Shown: positions 28,678 through 39,117 of the stretch, one piece after another | Numbering within the stretch: position 1 is the stretch's first letter | Layout of the letters: each line of letters starts with the position of its first letter | Assembly (NCBI GenBank): GCA_963674705.1 | Contig: OY771506.1 | Location: 448,001-512,000 of the forward strand | Direction of reading: 5' to 3' | Source of the DNA: Phycisphaeraceae bacterium | Lineage (GTDB): Bacteria; Planctomycetota; Phycisphaerae; Phycisphaerales; Phycisphaeraceae | Length of the DNA: 64,000 nucleotides | The notes under the pieces: model-generated | What the model was told of the DNA's origin: nothing | Seen by the model: the letters and a program-made list of their open reading frames with translations, nothing else | Database searches by the model: none | Translations under genes and position numbers: made by a program

Positions 28678-30120
28678 ATGAACACGTCTACGGCCCTTAG
28701 CGTTCAGTACACGACCACGGTCCGGCTGGAGTATCCGCACGATACCGGGTGGATGGCAAAAATCACCACGGTGATCGCGGAGCACGGCGGGTCGATCGGC
28801 TCGGTCGACCTTGTGCAGATCCGCAACGAGCGGACGCTGCGCGACTTCAGCGTCGAGTGCGCTTCGACGGATCATGCGCATGAAATTGTGCAAGCGCTTC
28901 AGAAGCTGGACGGACTTGTGGTGCGCAGCGTGTCAGACAACACGTTCCTGATGCATCTGGGTGGAAAGCTGGAAGTGCGATCGCGTGTGAAGCTCAAGAC
29001 ACGCGCGGACCTCTCGATGGCGTACACGCCAGGCGTGGCGCGCGTGTGTAACGCGATCGCCAAAGATGTCCAGCACTCGTTCAACTTGACAATCCGCAAG
29101 AACTGCATCGCGATCGTTTCCGACGGCAGCGCCGTGCTTGGTTTGGGTGACATCGGCCCCGAAGCGGCGATGCCCGTGATGGAGGGCAAGGCGGTCCTGT
29201 TCAAACAGTTCGGCGGGGTCGATGCGTTCCCGCTTTGCGTGGCGAGCAAGGATATCGACGAGATCATCAAGTTCTGCAAGATGATCGAGCCGACGTTCGG
29301 GGGGATCAACCTGGAAGACATCTCCGCGCCGCGTTGTTTTGAGATCGAAGAGACACTGAAACGCGAGCTTGACATCCCTGTGTTCCATGACGATCAGCAC
29401 GGGACGGCGGTGGTCGTGCTGGCGGGTCTGATTAATGCGCTGAAGATCGTGAACAAGAAACCGGGCGACGTGAAGGTCGTCGTGTCGGGCGCGGGGGCGG
29501 CGGGCGTGGCGTGTACGAAGATACTCATGTCGTACGGCGTAAAGAACACGGTCGTGTGCGACTCGAAAGGTGCGATCGACCACGTGCGCGATTACGGGAG
29601 CAACAAGGCCAAGCTCTGGCTTGCCGAGAAGACGAATGCGGATAACGAACAGGGACACCTGTCGGACGTGATCCGCGGCGCGGATATTTTCCTGGGTGTA
29701 TCGCAGCCGAATGTACTGACAAAAGAAGATGTGCAGGCGATGAACAGCGACCCGATCATCTTTGCATTGAGCAATCCGGACCCGGAGATTGCGCCGAATA
29801 TTGCGCACGAAGTGGCGGCGGTAGTCGGGACGGGGCGCAGCGACTTCCCGAATCAGATCAATAACGTGCTGGCGTTCCCGGGGATATTCCGCGGCGCGTT
29901 ATCGGCGAGGGCGCGGGATATCAATGAGCCGATGAAACTCGCGGCCGCCGAGGCGATCGCTTCGGTAATCAGTGAGCAGGAGTTGTCGGCCGAGTACGTG
30001 ATCCCGAGTATTTTCGATCGGCGTGTGACGCGCCTTGTTGCCGGTGCGGTGGCGAAGGCGGCGGAAGATACGGGGGTCGCGCGTCGGACACCGAAGAGCA
30101 CGATCGCCGTGTGGGCGTAA
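28678..30120 (+). CDS. NAD(P)-dependent malic enzyme with N-terminal ACT domain
   Basis: DLSMAYTPGVARVC, DGSAVLGLGDIGP, PVMEGKAVLFK, INLEDISAP, FHDDQHGTA, GRSDFPNQINN; GGAGG before ATG 28678. Confidence 0.95.
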   Translation: MNTSTALSVQYTTTVRLEYPHDTGWMAKITTVIAEHGGSIGSVDLVQIRNERTLRDFSVECASTDHAHEIVQALQKLDGLVVRSVSDNTFLMHLGGKLEVRSRVKLKTRADLSMAYTPGVARVCNAIAKDVQHSFNLTIRKNCIAIVSDGSAVLGLGDIGPEAAMPVMEGKAVLFKQFGGVDAFPLCVASKDIDEIIKFCKMIEPTFGGINLEDISAPRCFEIEETLKRELDIPVFHDDQHGTAVVVLAGLINALKIVNKKPGDVKVVVSGAGAAGVACTKILMSYGVKNTVVCDSKGAIDHVRDYGSNKAKLWLAEKTNADNEQGHLSDVIRGADIFLGVSQPNVLTKEDVQAMNSDPIIFALSNPDPEIAPNIAHEVAAVVGTGRSDFPNQINNVLAFPGIFRGALSARARDINEPMKLAAAEAIASVISEQELSAEYVIPSIFDRRVTRLVAGAVAKAAEDTGVARRTPKSTIAVWA

Positions 30121-30180
30121 AATATCAGCCTGGTTTGGTCGAAGATCAGTACATCGATTGGAAGTTGTCAGGTAGCAGTT

Positions 30181-32115
30181 ATGGAAACCGCCCACCCGGA
30201 AGTTCACAAAACACTGAAGGTTTTCGGCGTTCAGTACACACACATCAAAACGCCTTGCGGCGGTGATCTGTGGCTGACGGATTACGGCATGGCGATGCGT
30301 AACCAGATGATGCCGGAGAACTGGTACGAGAACCGCTACTACCAGGCGTTCGGGCAGCGGCTATCGGGTTCGACGGGCACGGTGTACCGCGTTCGGCCGA
30401 AGAACGCACCGAAGCATACGGAGATCACGGTCAAGTTTTCTCGCGTCGGTCAGGAAGTGCCCCTGGTGATCGACCCGGACTTCCCTGATGACTTAAGTGA
30501 GATCGATGTAACGGGGGCGAGTTTCAACAGCCCGTGGGAAGAGTTCGGCCTGGTGATGGAATTACGAAGCGGCGGGTACGGCGCGAACGACCTGCGCATC
30601 AGAACGCAAAGGCCCTTGGCGATCTTCGCACCCGCGAAAGAGTTTGAGCTCTGGAAACTCGGACGGACCAACAGCCGATTCGACCCGCATATGTATTCGT
30701 TGAAGCGCGACCAGGCACGATACCCGTTAGCCGTCGAAATGGATATCCGCCGGGATTACCTCGTGCTCTATGGCTGGATCGGCGGGATCGATGCGGTCGA
30801 GGCGAGCAAGGAAGGATTCATCCGCGAGCCGGAGCTGCTGCAGTTCACCAGCGATGTGGTGGCGGACCTGCGGTCCAAGGGGTTCCGCGTGCTGGACAAC
30901 AAGCCTGACCACTTTATTGTGCGTCCCGATCCGCAGACCGGGCACCTGATCCGACGGGACGGGCGGATTGTTTATGCGTTGATTGATTTTGAATTACTTC
31001 AACGCACACCGTCAGGTCAGCAGGTGTATCGCACGCGCCAGCGTGAGCATTACTTCCGCGCGTTAGCGGGTCGTGTGAAGTCGAGCGCGGAGGTCACCGG
31101 CGCGACGCCCGTGAAAATCATGGGCGTGGACTATATCTACGGCCGAGCGCCGAACGGCGGGATGGTATGGGTCGTCGGGGATAATCCGGACCTGATCGGC
31201 TACTTCCAGCCGGACCGCTGGCGCAGAACGCCGCGCGTGAAGATGTCGCTGGGCGGGGAGATTTATCGCACGAGGACGCGCGACGATATTCATATCGTGT
31301 ATCGCATGTCGCGTTGCGGTCAGCGGCCGAACGCCGATCCGTTTTACGGCCACGGCAAGCGCGTGCGTGAATACGGCTACAACAGCCCGTTTGAAGAGGT
31401 CGCGGTTGCGGAGAAGTTGAGACACATGGGTATCCCGACCGTGCATCCGCGTGCGATCTACCGGACGGGCCACTTTACCAGCCGGGCGAGGCACCTGACC
31501 GAACCGAGCCGAACGATCAGCCACGCGCATTGGCTGACGCCGGACGATGAACACGAACCGATCCTCAGTGAGAACCACGACTACTACACGCTCTGGGGCC
31601 AGTGGCGTGGTATCGACCCGCTTTGGATGATCAAGCCGCGCGGGCGTTGGGGCTTTATCGATGCGGATCGTGCGCTGGCGACAGGTCTATTAAGTGAACG
31701 GGAAGTCAACCGGTCCTTGAACGGCAGCCGAAAGCAGTTGATCCTTGCTGGCTGCGATGAGACGCTGCTGGACGACCATCAGTTCCTGTTCATGTTCGAT
31801 AACGAGGGCAACCTTCAGAAGGACAAGAAAGGCAACTACGAAGTCGCGCTGGCGTTCGATGCGCTGACATCGCTGAACTTCGGGATGATCAGCGAGGATA
31901 CGTATGTTTACCTGATCGAGACGATGGCACGCAAGCTGAAGACGGCAGGCGTCGAAGCGCTGAACCTGACGGGCAGCCACCTGCTGTTGTCGTTTGATGT
32001 CAACAGCAACCTGCGCATCAACGATATCGGCGAGCGAGAGATGGCGCTATGCAACTTCGACCTGATCGCGCCGCTGGAAGCGGGGAAGTCGATATCGGAT
32101 TGGGCGAAAGGGTGA
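30181..32115 (+). CDS. Hypothetical protein with two tandem protein-kinase-like (RIO/Kdo-like) domains
   Basis: First half GSTGTVY, VKFS, NSPWEE, DNKPDH, LIDFE; second half VYRMS, NSPFEE, NLTGSH, LCNFD. Confidence 0.65.
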   Translation: METAHPEVHKTLKVFGVQYTHIKTPCGGDLWLTDYGMAMRNQMMPENWYENRYYQAFGQRLSGSTGTVYRVRPKNAPKHTEITVKFSRVGQEVPLVIDPDFPDDLSEIDVTGASFNSPWEEFGLVMELRSGGYGANDLRIRTQRPLAIFAPAKEFELWKLGRTNSRFDPHMYSLKRDQARYPLAVEMDIRRDYLVLYGWIGGIDAVEASKEGFIREPELLQFTSDVVADLRSKGFRVLDNKPDHFIVRPDPQTGHLIRRDGRIVYALIDFELLQRTPSGQQVYRTRQREHYFRALAGRVKSSAEVTGATPVKIMGVDYIYGRAPNGGMVWVVGDNPDLIGYFQPDRWRRTPRVKMSLGGEIYRTRTRDDIHIVYRMSRCGQRPNADPFYGHGKRVREYGYNSPFEEVAVAEKLRHMGIPTVHPRAIYRTGHFTSRARHLTEPSRTISHAHWLTPDDEHEPILSENHDYYTLWGQWRGIDPLWMIKPRGRWGFIDADRALATGLLSEREVNRSLNGSRKQLILAGCDETLLDDHQFLFMFDNEGNLQKDKKGNYEVALAFDALTSLNFGMISEDTYVYLIETMARKLKTAGVEALNLTGSHLLLSFDVNSNLRINDIGEREMALCNFDLIAPLEAGKSISDWAKG

Positions 32116-32142
32116 GTTGGGGTGTGGGAATTATATTTCTGT

Positions 32143-32185
32143 TTCCCAACGCCGGTCCTGAGCGCAGCGAAGGGGCGGGTATCTT
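32143..32185 (+). repeat. Repeat family E (CCTGAGCG.AGCGAAGG)
   Basis: 40/43 nt identical to the reverse complement of 56689-56731. Confidence 0.85.
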
Positions 32186-32209
32186 TGGGCGTGTGGTGCA
32201 GGCATTTAT

Positions 32210-32238
32210 AAAAGAAAAACCCGACCAAGATGGTCGGG
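32210..32238 (-). terminator. Rho-independent terminator
   Basis: Minus strand CCCGACCA-tct-TGGTCGGG followed by TTTTTCTTTT, downstream of 32338..33120. Confidence 0.75.
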
Positions 32239-32337
32239 CTATGTGTGGTTGCAGGTAATTGTTGAAGCGACTGGATCGGCTGCATCCCCCCCACTTCTTT
32301 ATTGTAACTTCATACCTCTAACTTCAGCATTCAGCCC

Positions 32338-33120
32338 TTACTTAATCCCCATCTTATTGAGGTTTTCAAGGCTGATCTTGAGGCTGTCGAATGGGTCGAG
32401 GTCGCCGTTGTCGCGTTCGATGAGGTACCACTTGACGCCGGCGGCTCTGCAGGCTTCGAGGATGGCGGGCCAGTTGAGGTTGCCGGCGCCGACTTCACAC
32501 ATCTTGTGGCCGTCCTTGGGATGGATGGTCATGTCCTTGACGTGGACGGCGGGGATGCGGCCGGAGACGCGCTTGATCCACTCGGCCGGGTCGCCGCCGC
32601 CATGCGCGACCCAGTAGGTGTCGATCTCAAACCAGATTCGTTGATCGAGGTTGTTGATGAGCTTGGTGATCGGTGCGCGTTCGATGCCGATCTGATCGGG
32701 CGAGCCGAACGGGGCCCATTCGTGGCTGTGGTTGTGATAGCCGACGAGGAGGCCGGCGTCGTTGAGTTTTTTGGTTGCGGCGTTGAAGTCCTTGATGAAC
32801 TGATCCCACGCCGGTTCATCCGCACCGCCGAAGCCGAAGCCGCCGAGCGCGGTCAGTTCGCAGCCGAGGATTTTGTGTTCTTCGAGCAGCGCCTCGGGCT
32901 GGTCGCGCATCTGGTCCATGCTGCGGTGCGTCGCGGCGCAGACGAGGCCGTTGTCGTCGAGGATTTTCTTGAGTTCTTTCGGATCGATCGGGCCGAGCGC
33001 CGAAGCCTGCACCGCACCGAAGCCGATCTTGCTGAGCTTTTCGCAGGTCTTTGCGATATCCGCGGGGGTCTTGCAGTGATCGCGGAGCGTGTACATCTGG
33101 GCGCCGATTTGGGTAGTCAT
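32338..33120 (-). CDS. Sugar phosphate isomerase/epimerase (xylose isomerase-like TIM barrel)
   Basis: QMYTLRD, YHNHSHE, EIDTYW, VHVKD, EVGAGNLNW, LIERD. Confidence 0.88.
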   Translation of the reverse strand: MTTQIGAQMYTLRDHCKTPADIAKTCEKLSKIGFGAVQASALGPIDPKELKKILDDNGLVCAATHRSMDQMRDQPEALLEEHKILGCELTALGGFGFGGADEPAWDQFIKDFNAATKKLNDAGLLVGYHNHSHEWAPFGSPDQIGIERAPITKLINNLDQRIWFEIDTYWVAHGGGDPAEWIKRVSGRIPAVHVKDMTIHPKDGHKMCEVGAGNLNWPAILEACRAAGVKWYLIERDNGDLDPFDSLKISLENLNKMGIK

Positions 33121-33224
33121 GAGAGGCTCATCCTGGTGCGTGAGGGTTTGCAGGTTCGGCGGCCGAGGGACAGCACGCCGGGGGGTTATGCCCTCATCTT
33201 AGCAGATGATGAAGCTGACTCCAG

Positions 33225-35498
33225 TTAACGGGTGCGGGCGCGATGTAACGAAACCTTGCAGATTCCGAGCGTCAGCAGGAGGCCGAAGGTGGCGGGTTCG
33301 GGGATGTTGGCGGTGTTCGTCGGGGGCGTGCCGGCGTTCCAGTTGCCGAGGACAATGTCAAGATCGTCAAGACCGACGAAGTTGTCGCCGCTCGGGTCGG
33401 CCGGATTGCCGGTGGGGACGGTCTGGTTCCAACTGCTGAGCACGAGGTCCAGATCATCGAGGCCGACGAAGCCGTCACCATTCAGATCGCCGATGAGCGG
33501 CTCGAACAGCGCGTTGAGTTGCTCATCTGACAAACTGGAAGATAAGTGCAGCACAAAGGCGTCGAAGTCGGTGTAGTGTTCGCGCATGGCGATGCGGAAT
33601 TCGAGCGGCAGACCGACGTGGCTTTCGGTGATGACGAAGGTTTGGCCGACTTCCCAGTTATAGACGCCGTTGGATGAAAGCGTTTGCGTCTGGTCGGGAT
33701 CAACATTGAAGTCGCTTGGCGTGTAGATACTGTCGGAGCTGGTATCAAAACCACGGGCGCGGTAGTAGGCGGTATAGGTGCCGGGCTGCGAGAAGGTGAT
33801 GTCGTAGACGGCGATGGCGTCGTGAGCATCTGCGGGCAGATCGACGCGGTCGCCGGCCGGGGCTCGCATGCTCTTGCCGCCGAGCGCATCTGCGGTGACC
33901 TGTTCGATCCACGTATCGCCGTCACCGCTTGGGTCCAGCAGGTACGCATAATCTTCAGCCTGGATCGCACAACCAAAACCGTAACACCCCCCACTACCTG
34001 TGCCCGGATCATTATTCATCCAGTCGGGGCCGACGTCTTCGGATTCAAGCGGGACGCGAACGATCGTGGCGGTTGAAAATTCATCAGCGCCGACATCGAA
34101 GATGCCGATGCGTGCCTGGCCGTCCATGTCATCGAAGAGGTAGCTGCTGTAGTCGCCCGCGCCGTTGTTGATCGCGGGGCTGGTGGATAAGGGTCGCCAT
34201 AGCCCGTCGCCGTTGAGCGCGAGCTGGGGATTGACAACGGTGATGCCGGTTGCGCCGGCTTTGGGACCAAGTGATGCGCCATAGGCGATGTTGCCTTCCC
34301 ACGTCCAGCCAACGCCTTCATTGCCTTCAAAGAGCGGGTCGTTTGTGCTGTAGATCAGGTTGTTTGCAATGGTGACGTTTTGGGCGAGCAGGTAGCGATC
34401 GGTGGTGTTGTATCCATCATCGAAGGTGATCGCGGCCTCGTTGACATCAACGATCGTATTGTGCGCGATCAGCGCGTTCTTGACCTGGTAGTAACCGCTG
34501 GTGGGCGAATCAACGAGCCCTGCGGTGATAGAGATCGCACCGCCGGCCCGGCCGTCGAGTTCGGCGAAGTAGTTGTTGATGATCGTGTGGTCTTCGCCGA
34601 TCACACGGACGCCGCCTGATTTATCTTTGCCTTCGCCGAGGAAGAAGTTGCTTTCGACGGTAGCGGCAAAGCCGTGGCGGAGCGTCAGTGTGCCGGCCGA
34701 TTCGCGGAAGGTGTTGTATCGGTAGGTATTGCCGCCGGTCTTGTTGGAGATGATTTCGATCTCACCGTCGGAGCGTTCGAAGAGGTTATTTTCGACAACG
34801 ACGTTGGATTCGGAGTCGACATAGTCGCTGGTGCCGATGCGGATGGTTTCAAAGCCGTTCGTGTCTGAAGGATTAATCGGTGCAGGACGGCTGAAGTAGT
34901 TGCTGTCGATACGGTGGCTGCTGGTTGTGCCATCGGCCCAATCGACAACGGTGACGCCGGAGTGGTTCTGTCCGGAGAAGTAGTTGTGGTCGACGCGGTT
35001 GTTGTCGCCGTAGAGCGAGACCCAGAAGTAACGTGTGTCGACGTCGTCGGGGTTGTAGTCGACGATGGCGGTGTTGGTGAGTCGGGAGTTATGCGAAACG
35101 CCGTTGCTGCCTTTGAAACGGATGATGTGTTGCCCCGCGGCAAGTGCGCCGCCGGAAAAGTTCAGGCCATCGACGACAAGATAGTCGCCGGAGATGCTGA
35201 GTGTGGAACTGCCGTTAAGCGTGACGCCGCCGGGCGTTTGCGGGCGGAGGGTGATGGGATTGACGGAGTTGCCGTCACCTGCAAAATCGATGTGCTGATC
35301 GGTCCAGACGCCGTCGGCCATGATGATGGTGTCGCCGGGGCTGGCGGCATTCATCGCGGTCGTGATGTCAGACGCGTTGTAGACGAGGTAGTCGGTAGCA
35401 TAGATTGTCGTCGATGCGCCGAGCAGCACGCATGATGCAAGCAGTACGGATGCAGCGCGGGTATAAACGCTTTGCGAACGGAAAAGATCAAGCGTCAC
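33225..35498 (-). CDS. PL6 polysaccharide lyase (alginate lyase/chondroitinase B-like) with accessory domain, two dockerin-like repeats and PEP-CTERM
   Basis: PGDTIIMADGVW, GFETIRIGTS, NLFERSDGEIEIISNKT, TLTLRHG, GGVRVIGEDH; AGGAGG before GTG 35498. Confidence 0.9.
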   Translation of the reverse strand: MTLDLFRSQSVYTRAASVLLASCVLLGASTTIYATDYLVYNASDITTAMNAASPGDTIIMADGVWTDQHIDFAGDGNSVNPITLRPQTPGGVTLNGSSTLSISGDYLVVDGLNFSGGALAAGQHIIRFKGSNGVSHNSRLTNTAIVDYNPDDVDTRYFWVSLYGDNNRVDHNYFSGQNHSGVTVVDWADGTTSSHRIDSNYFSRPAPINPSDTNGFETIRIGTSDYVDSESNVVVENNLFERSDGEIEIISNKTGGNTYRYNTFRESAGTLTLRHGFAATVESNFFLGEGKDKSGGVRVIGEDHTIINNYFAELDGRAGGAISITAGLVDSPTSGYYQVKNALIAHNTIVDVNEAAITFDDGYNTTDRYLLAQNVTIANNLIYSTNDPLFEGNEGVGWTWEGNIAYGASLGPKAGATGITVVNPQLALNGDGLWRPLSTSPAINNGAGDYSSYLFDDMDGQARIGIFDVGADEFSTATIVRVPLESEDVGPDWMNNDPGTGSGGCYGFGCAIQAEDYAYLLDPSGDGDTWIEQVTADALGGKSMRAPAGDRVDLPADAHDAIAVYDITFSQPGTYTAYYRARGFDTSSDSIYTPSDFNVDPDQTQTLSSNGVYNWEVGQTFVITESHVGLPLEFRIAMREHYTDFDAFVLHLSSSLSDEQLNALFEPLIGDLNGDGFVGLDDLDLVLSSWNQTVPTGNPADPSGDNFVGLDDLDIVLGNWNAGTPPTNTANIPEPATFGLLLTLGICKVSLHRARTR

Positions 35499-35537
35499 AG
35501 ACTTCCTCCTCGTGCTCCACTTCAATCGTGGCGAGCA

Positions 35538-36590
35538 TCAAACTTTTGCGGCGGCCCGGCCGACCTCTTCGGGCGGGACCAGTCTCGGTTCAACCAGTGC
35601 GACCGAGCGCAGCGGTGCGTGCGGATTTTCCATACGCCAGATGAGTTGATCGACGGCACGCGCACCGATCACTTCCGGGCGAACATCAATCGTCGCAGGC
35701 TTGGGATTCAATCCGGCGAGGATGACGTTGTTGTCGCATGAGATCACAGCGATGTCGCGGCCTGGCTCGACGCCACGGTCGCGCAATGAACGGTAGACCT
35801 TGATCGCCAGCGGGTCGCGCGGGACGAACAAACCGGTGGGCCTGGGCGATAAGTCAATGAGCCTGCCGATCAGCATGTCGATGTATTCCTGCGAATCCTG
35901 CTGCTCTTGGCTCATCTTGTCCGAGTCCGGATCGCTGAGCACGGTGGCGGAACTGATGCCGGCATCGTTGGCCCATTCGACAAACGACTGGGCACGCACC
36001 TCGAAACCGATGTGCGTCGTGTTGCAGTGCAGGCAGGCGATGTGGCGGTGGCCCCGATCGATCAGGTACTCGGCGGCGACGCGACCGATGGCCTGGTTAT
36101 CCGGCGCGACACGGTCGCCCCAGTAACCGCGCTTGCGACGCTGGCTGAGCATCCAGACAGTCGGGTAGAGCTTGAGTGTTTCGGCCATCTTCGGGCTGGG
36201 CGGGTAGCCGTGCATGAGCAGGCCGTCGACCTGGCCATGCGCGACGGTCGGGGGGAGCCTGCCGGAGTCCGAGAGCCTGCCGACGATCATATTGAAACCG
36301 CGTTCAGCGAGGACATCTTCGGCGGCATGCAGCACACCGGCGGTGATCGGGGCGACGACGAGCGCGGGGTCGGTGCCGACGAAGAGCAGTGCGATGTTGC
36401 CGGTTTTAACGCCGGTGCGTGATTTGGGCTTGGGTCCACGGCGCTTGGCCGGGGGTGTGTAGTTCAGCCGTTTCATGGCGTCGCGGACCTTGCGGGTGAG
36501 GTCGTGACTGACCCCTGGCCGGTCGTTGATGACCCGCGAGACCGTGGCGTGCGAGACGCCCGCCAGCTTGGCGACTTCGGAGATGGACAT
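35538..36590 (-). CDS. LacI-family transcriptional regulator (paralogue of 49557..50594)
   Basis: MSISEVAKLAGVSHATVSRVIN HTH; RGHRHI; VISCDN; PATID. Confidence 0.92.
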   Translation of the reverse strand: MSISEVAKLAGVSHATVSRVINDRPGVSHDLTRKVRDAMKRLNYTPPAKRRGPKPKSRTGVKTGNIALLFVGTDPALVVAPITAGVLHAAEDVLAERGFNMIVGRLSDSGRLPPTVAHGQVDGLLMHGYPPSPKMAETLKLYPTVWMLSQRRKRGYWGDRVAPDNQAIGRVAAEYLIDRGHRHIACLHCNTTHIGFEVRAQSFVEWANDAGISSATVLSDPDSDKMSQEQQDSQEYIDMLIGRLIDLSPRPTGLFVPRDPLAIKVYRSLRDRGVEPGRDIAVISCDNNVILAGLNPKPATIDVRPEVIGARAVDQLIWRMENPHAPLRSVALVEPRLVPPEEVGRAAAKV

Positions 36591-36732
36591 GGTGGTATTC
36601 TACGCTAAGGGTGTTTAATTTACAATGATATTTTTCAATATTTCAAGGCGATATTGCGAATACAAAATGCTTTTAAACAGATACTTATGTTATTTTAGGA
36701 AAATAAGTTTTTGCTGCATGTTTGAAAGTTTC

Positions 36733-36761
36733 TTGAACATTAATCTGAAATACAGTAAGAT
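36733..36761 (+). promoter_or_regulatory. Sigma70-type promoter for the oxidoreductase operon
   Basis: TTGAAC-17-TAAGAT in AT-rich divergent intergenic region. Confidence 0.6.
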
Positions 36762-36835
36762 GCCTTTTACATTTGAAGCCTTGAAACAGCCTCTATTTAT
36801 ACCTCACATTGTGTGAGTTGATGGGAGCACACTGT

Positions 36836-37849
36836 ATGACCACCATGAATCCGATGTCGTCCGGGTCGCGTCAGATCCCGGGGATCGACCTGCCGGTTTC
36901 CCGGGTTGCCTTGGGCTGCATGTCCATCGTCGCCAGTGAGACGTACGGCGGGGTCGGTGAGGAGCAGGCGATACAGACGGTGCGGTCGGCGATCGATAAC
37001 GGCATCACCCTGCTGGACACCGCGCCGGCATACGGCAACGGCGAGTCGGAACAGCTCGTCGGCAAAGCGATCAAGGGTCAGCGCGACCAGATTATCCTCG
37101 CCACCAAGGCCAGCGGTAAAACACTCTCGGCGGAGGAGATCGTCAGCGACTGCGAAGTCAGCCTGAGGCGTTTGCAGACCGATGTGATCGACCTGTATCA
37201 GATCCACTGGAACCGCCGACTGGTGCCCGCCGAGGAAACGATGAAGGCGATGGACAGCCTGGTATCCAGCGGGAAGGTGCGGGCGATCGGCGTGTGCAAC
37301 TATGGGCCGAAGGACCTGAACGAAGCGATATCACTGACAACGCTACAGACGAACCAGGTCGCGTACAACATGATTTTCCGCGCGATCGAGTTTGAGATCA
37401 CGGACATATGCAGGGAAAATAATATCGGTATCTTGTGCTATTCACCGATCGCGCAGGGCCTGCTCACCGGGCGTTACGCCAACGCGGACGAGGTGCCCGT
37501 AGGCCGGCAACGTACGCTGCACTTCAGCGGTGAGCGTGAATTAGCGCGTCACGGCCAGCCCGGCTGCGAAGCCGAGACGTTTGAAGCGATTGCGAAGATC
37601 AAGCAGGTCTGCGATGATCTGGGCGAGTCGATGGCACGTGTGTCGCTGGCGTGGTGTTTGCACCAACCGGGCGTAATGTCTGTCCTTGCCGGCGCCAGTC
37701 GACCGGAACAGGTGAAGCAGAATGTGGATGCAAGCGAGTTGAGCTTGTCTGAAGACGTGTTATCGCGTCTCGACCGTGCGACGGCCGAGGTGAAGTCCAT
37801 CTTAGGCCCGATCCCCGATATGTGGGCAGCCGAATCGCGTATTCGCTGA
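36836..37849 (+). CDS. Aldo/keto reductase
   Basis: LDTAPAYGNGESE, LATK, SLRRLQTDVIDLYQIHW, GKVRAIGVCN, YSPIAQGLLTG. Confidence 0.93.
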   Translation: MTTMNPMSSGSRQIPGIDLPVSRVALGCMSIVASETYGGVGEEQAIQTVRSAIDNGITLLDTAPAYGNGESEQLVGKAIKGQRDQIILATKASGKTLSAEEIVSDCEVSLRRLQTDVIDLYQIHWNRRLVPAEETMKAMDSLVSSGKVRAIGVCNYGPKDLNEAISLTTLQTNQVAYNMIFRAIEFEITDICRENNIGILCYSPIAQGLLTGRYANADEVPVGRQRTLHFSGERELARHGQPGCEAETFEAIAKIKQVCDDLGESMARVSLAWCLHQPGVMSVLAGASRPEQVKQNVDASELSLSEDVLSRLDRATAEVKSILGPIPDMWAAESRIR

Positions 37850-37889
37850 GATCTGATGAGGGTGACGGGCACCCAGGAGTAAGAAGCCC

Positions 37890-38942
37890 ATGGCAGAGGG
37901 TAATGGTTCGAGGCTGAAGGTAGGGATCGCGGGGCTTGGACGCAGTGGCTGGAGCATTCACGCTCAAGCATTGATGACGATGGCGGACCATTACCAGGTG
38001 GTGGCGGTCGCCGATGCAGATCAATCCAGGCTCGATGAGGCAAAGGACGCGTTCGGCTGCCGAACATACCTGGACTTTAGCGCGCTATTAGATGATAAGG
38101 ATATGGACATCCTTGTTGTCGCTTCGCCGAACCTGTTTCATGTCGAGCATTCGATGACCGCGATGCGCAACGGGATGCACGTGGTATGTGAAAAGCCGAT
38201 GGCGCTTGGCACAGAAGATGCCGACGCGGCGATTGCTTGTGCGAAGGAGACCGGCCGCGTCCTCGCGCCGTTCCAGAACCGCCGGTTCGAGCCGCATCTA
38301 TTGAAAGTCAAAGAAATCATCGATTCGGGCCTGCTCGGCAGGATCATCCAGGTCCGGCTGTGCTGGCATCAGTTCACGCGGCGGTGGGACTGGCAGACGC
38401 TTAAAGAGTTCGGCGGTGGGTCGCTATTCAATAACGGCGCACACCTGACCGACCAGGCGATGGTGTTCCTCGGTGAAGATGCGCCGGAGCCCGAGATATT
38501 TGTCGATCTGCAAAAAGTGCTGACCTGCGGCGACGCGGAAGACCACGTCAAGATCGTGCTCAAAGCAGAAGGTCGGCCGACCATCGATCTGGAACTGACC
38601 AGCGCCAGCGCATTCCCGTTGGACCGCTGGCACGTGATGGGAACGTGCGGCGGGTTGCGCGGCGACCTGAAAACGCTCGAGTGGAAGTGGGTCGACTGGG
38701 CGACGATGCCTAAACGCACGGTCGAACGCGTCCCCATGCCCGACCGCAGCTACAACAACGAAGACATCAACTGGCAGACGGCTTCGTGGACGAAACCCGC
38801 GGATTATCCGGGCGAAGCGGTGATGTTCTACCGCAATCTTTACCAGGTGATTCGCCACGGCGATGCGCTGTTCGTCACGCCCAAGAGTGTGCGTCAACAG
38901 ATCGCGGTGCTCGAACGTTGCCGACGGGCATGCCCGGTCTGA
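37890..38942 (+). CDS. Gfo/Idh/MocA oxidoreductase
   Basis: GIAGLGRSG, HVVCEKPMA, FQNRRF, GGGSLFNNGAH. Confidence 0.92.
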   Translation: MAEGNGSRLKVGIAGLGRSGWSIHAQALMTMADHYQVVAVADADQSRLDEAKDAFGCRTYLDFSALLDDKDMDILVVASPNLFHVEHSMTAMRNGMHVVCEKPMALGTEDADAAIACAKETGRVLAPFQNRRFEPHLLKVKEIIDSGLLGRIIQVRLCWHQFTRRWDWQTLKEFGGGSLFNNGAHLTDQAMVFLGEDAPEPEIFVDLQKVLTCGDAEDHVKIVLKAEGRPTIDLELTSASAFPLDRWHVMGTCGGLRGDLKTLEWKWVDWATMPKRTVERVPMPDRSYNNEDINWQTASWTKPADYPGEAVMFYRNLYQVIRHGDALFVTPKSVRQQIAVLERCRRACPV

Positions 38943-38987
38943 TCGCTTAGCCGGAACGTTTGCGTTGTTTAGACCGACACGCTTGAT

Positions 38988-39062
38988 GTCATCCCCGCGC
39001 AGGCGGGGATCCACGTACCGGGGTTGATTGGGCGCGTGGATTCCCGCGTGCGCGGGAATGAC
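38988..39062. repeat. REP-like inverted pair family B
   Basis: gtcatccccgcgcaggcggggatccac ... gtggattcccgcgtgcgcgggaatgac. Confidence 0.85.
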
Positions 39063-39117
39063 GGACAGGTGGTTCTTAGCGGGCAACAGCGTAAATGTGT
39101 TTTCGCAAATGGAGGCC

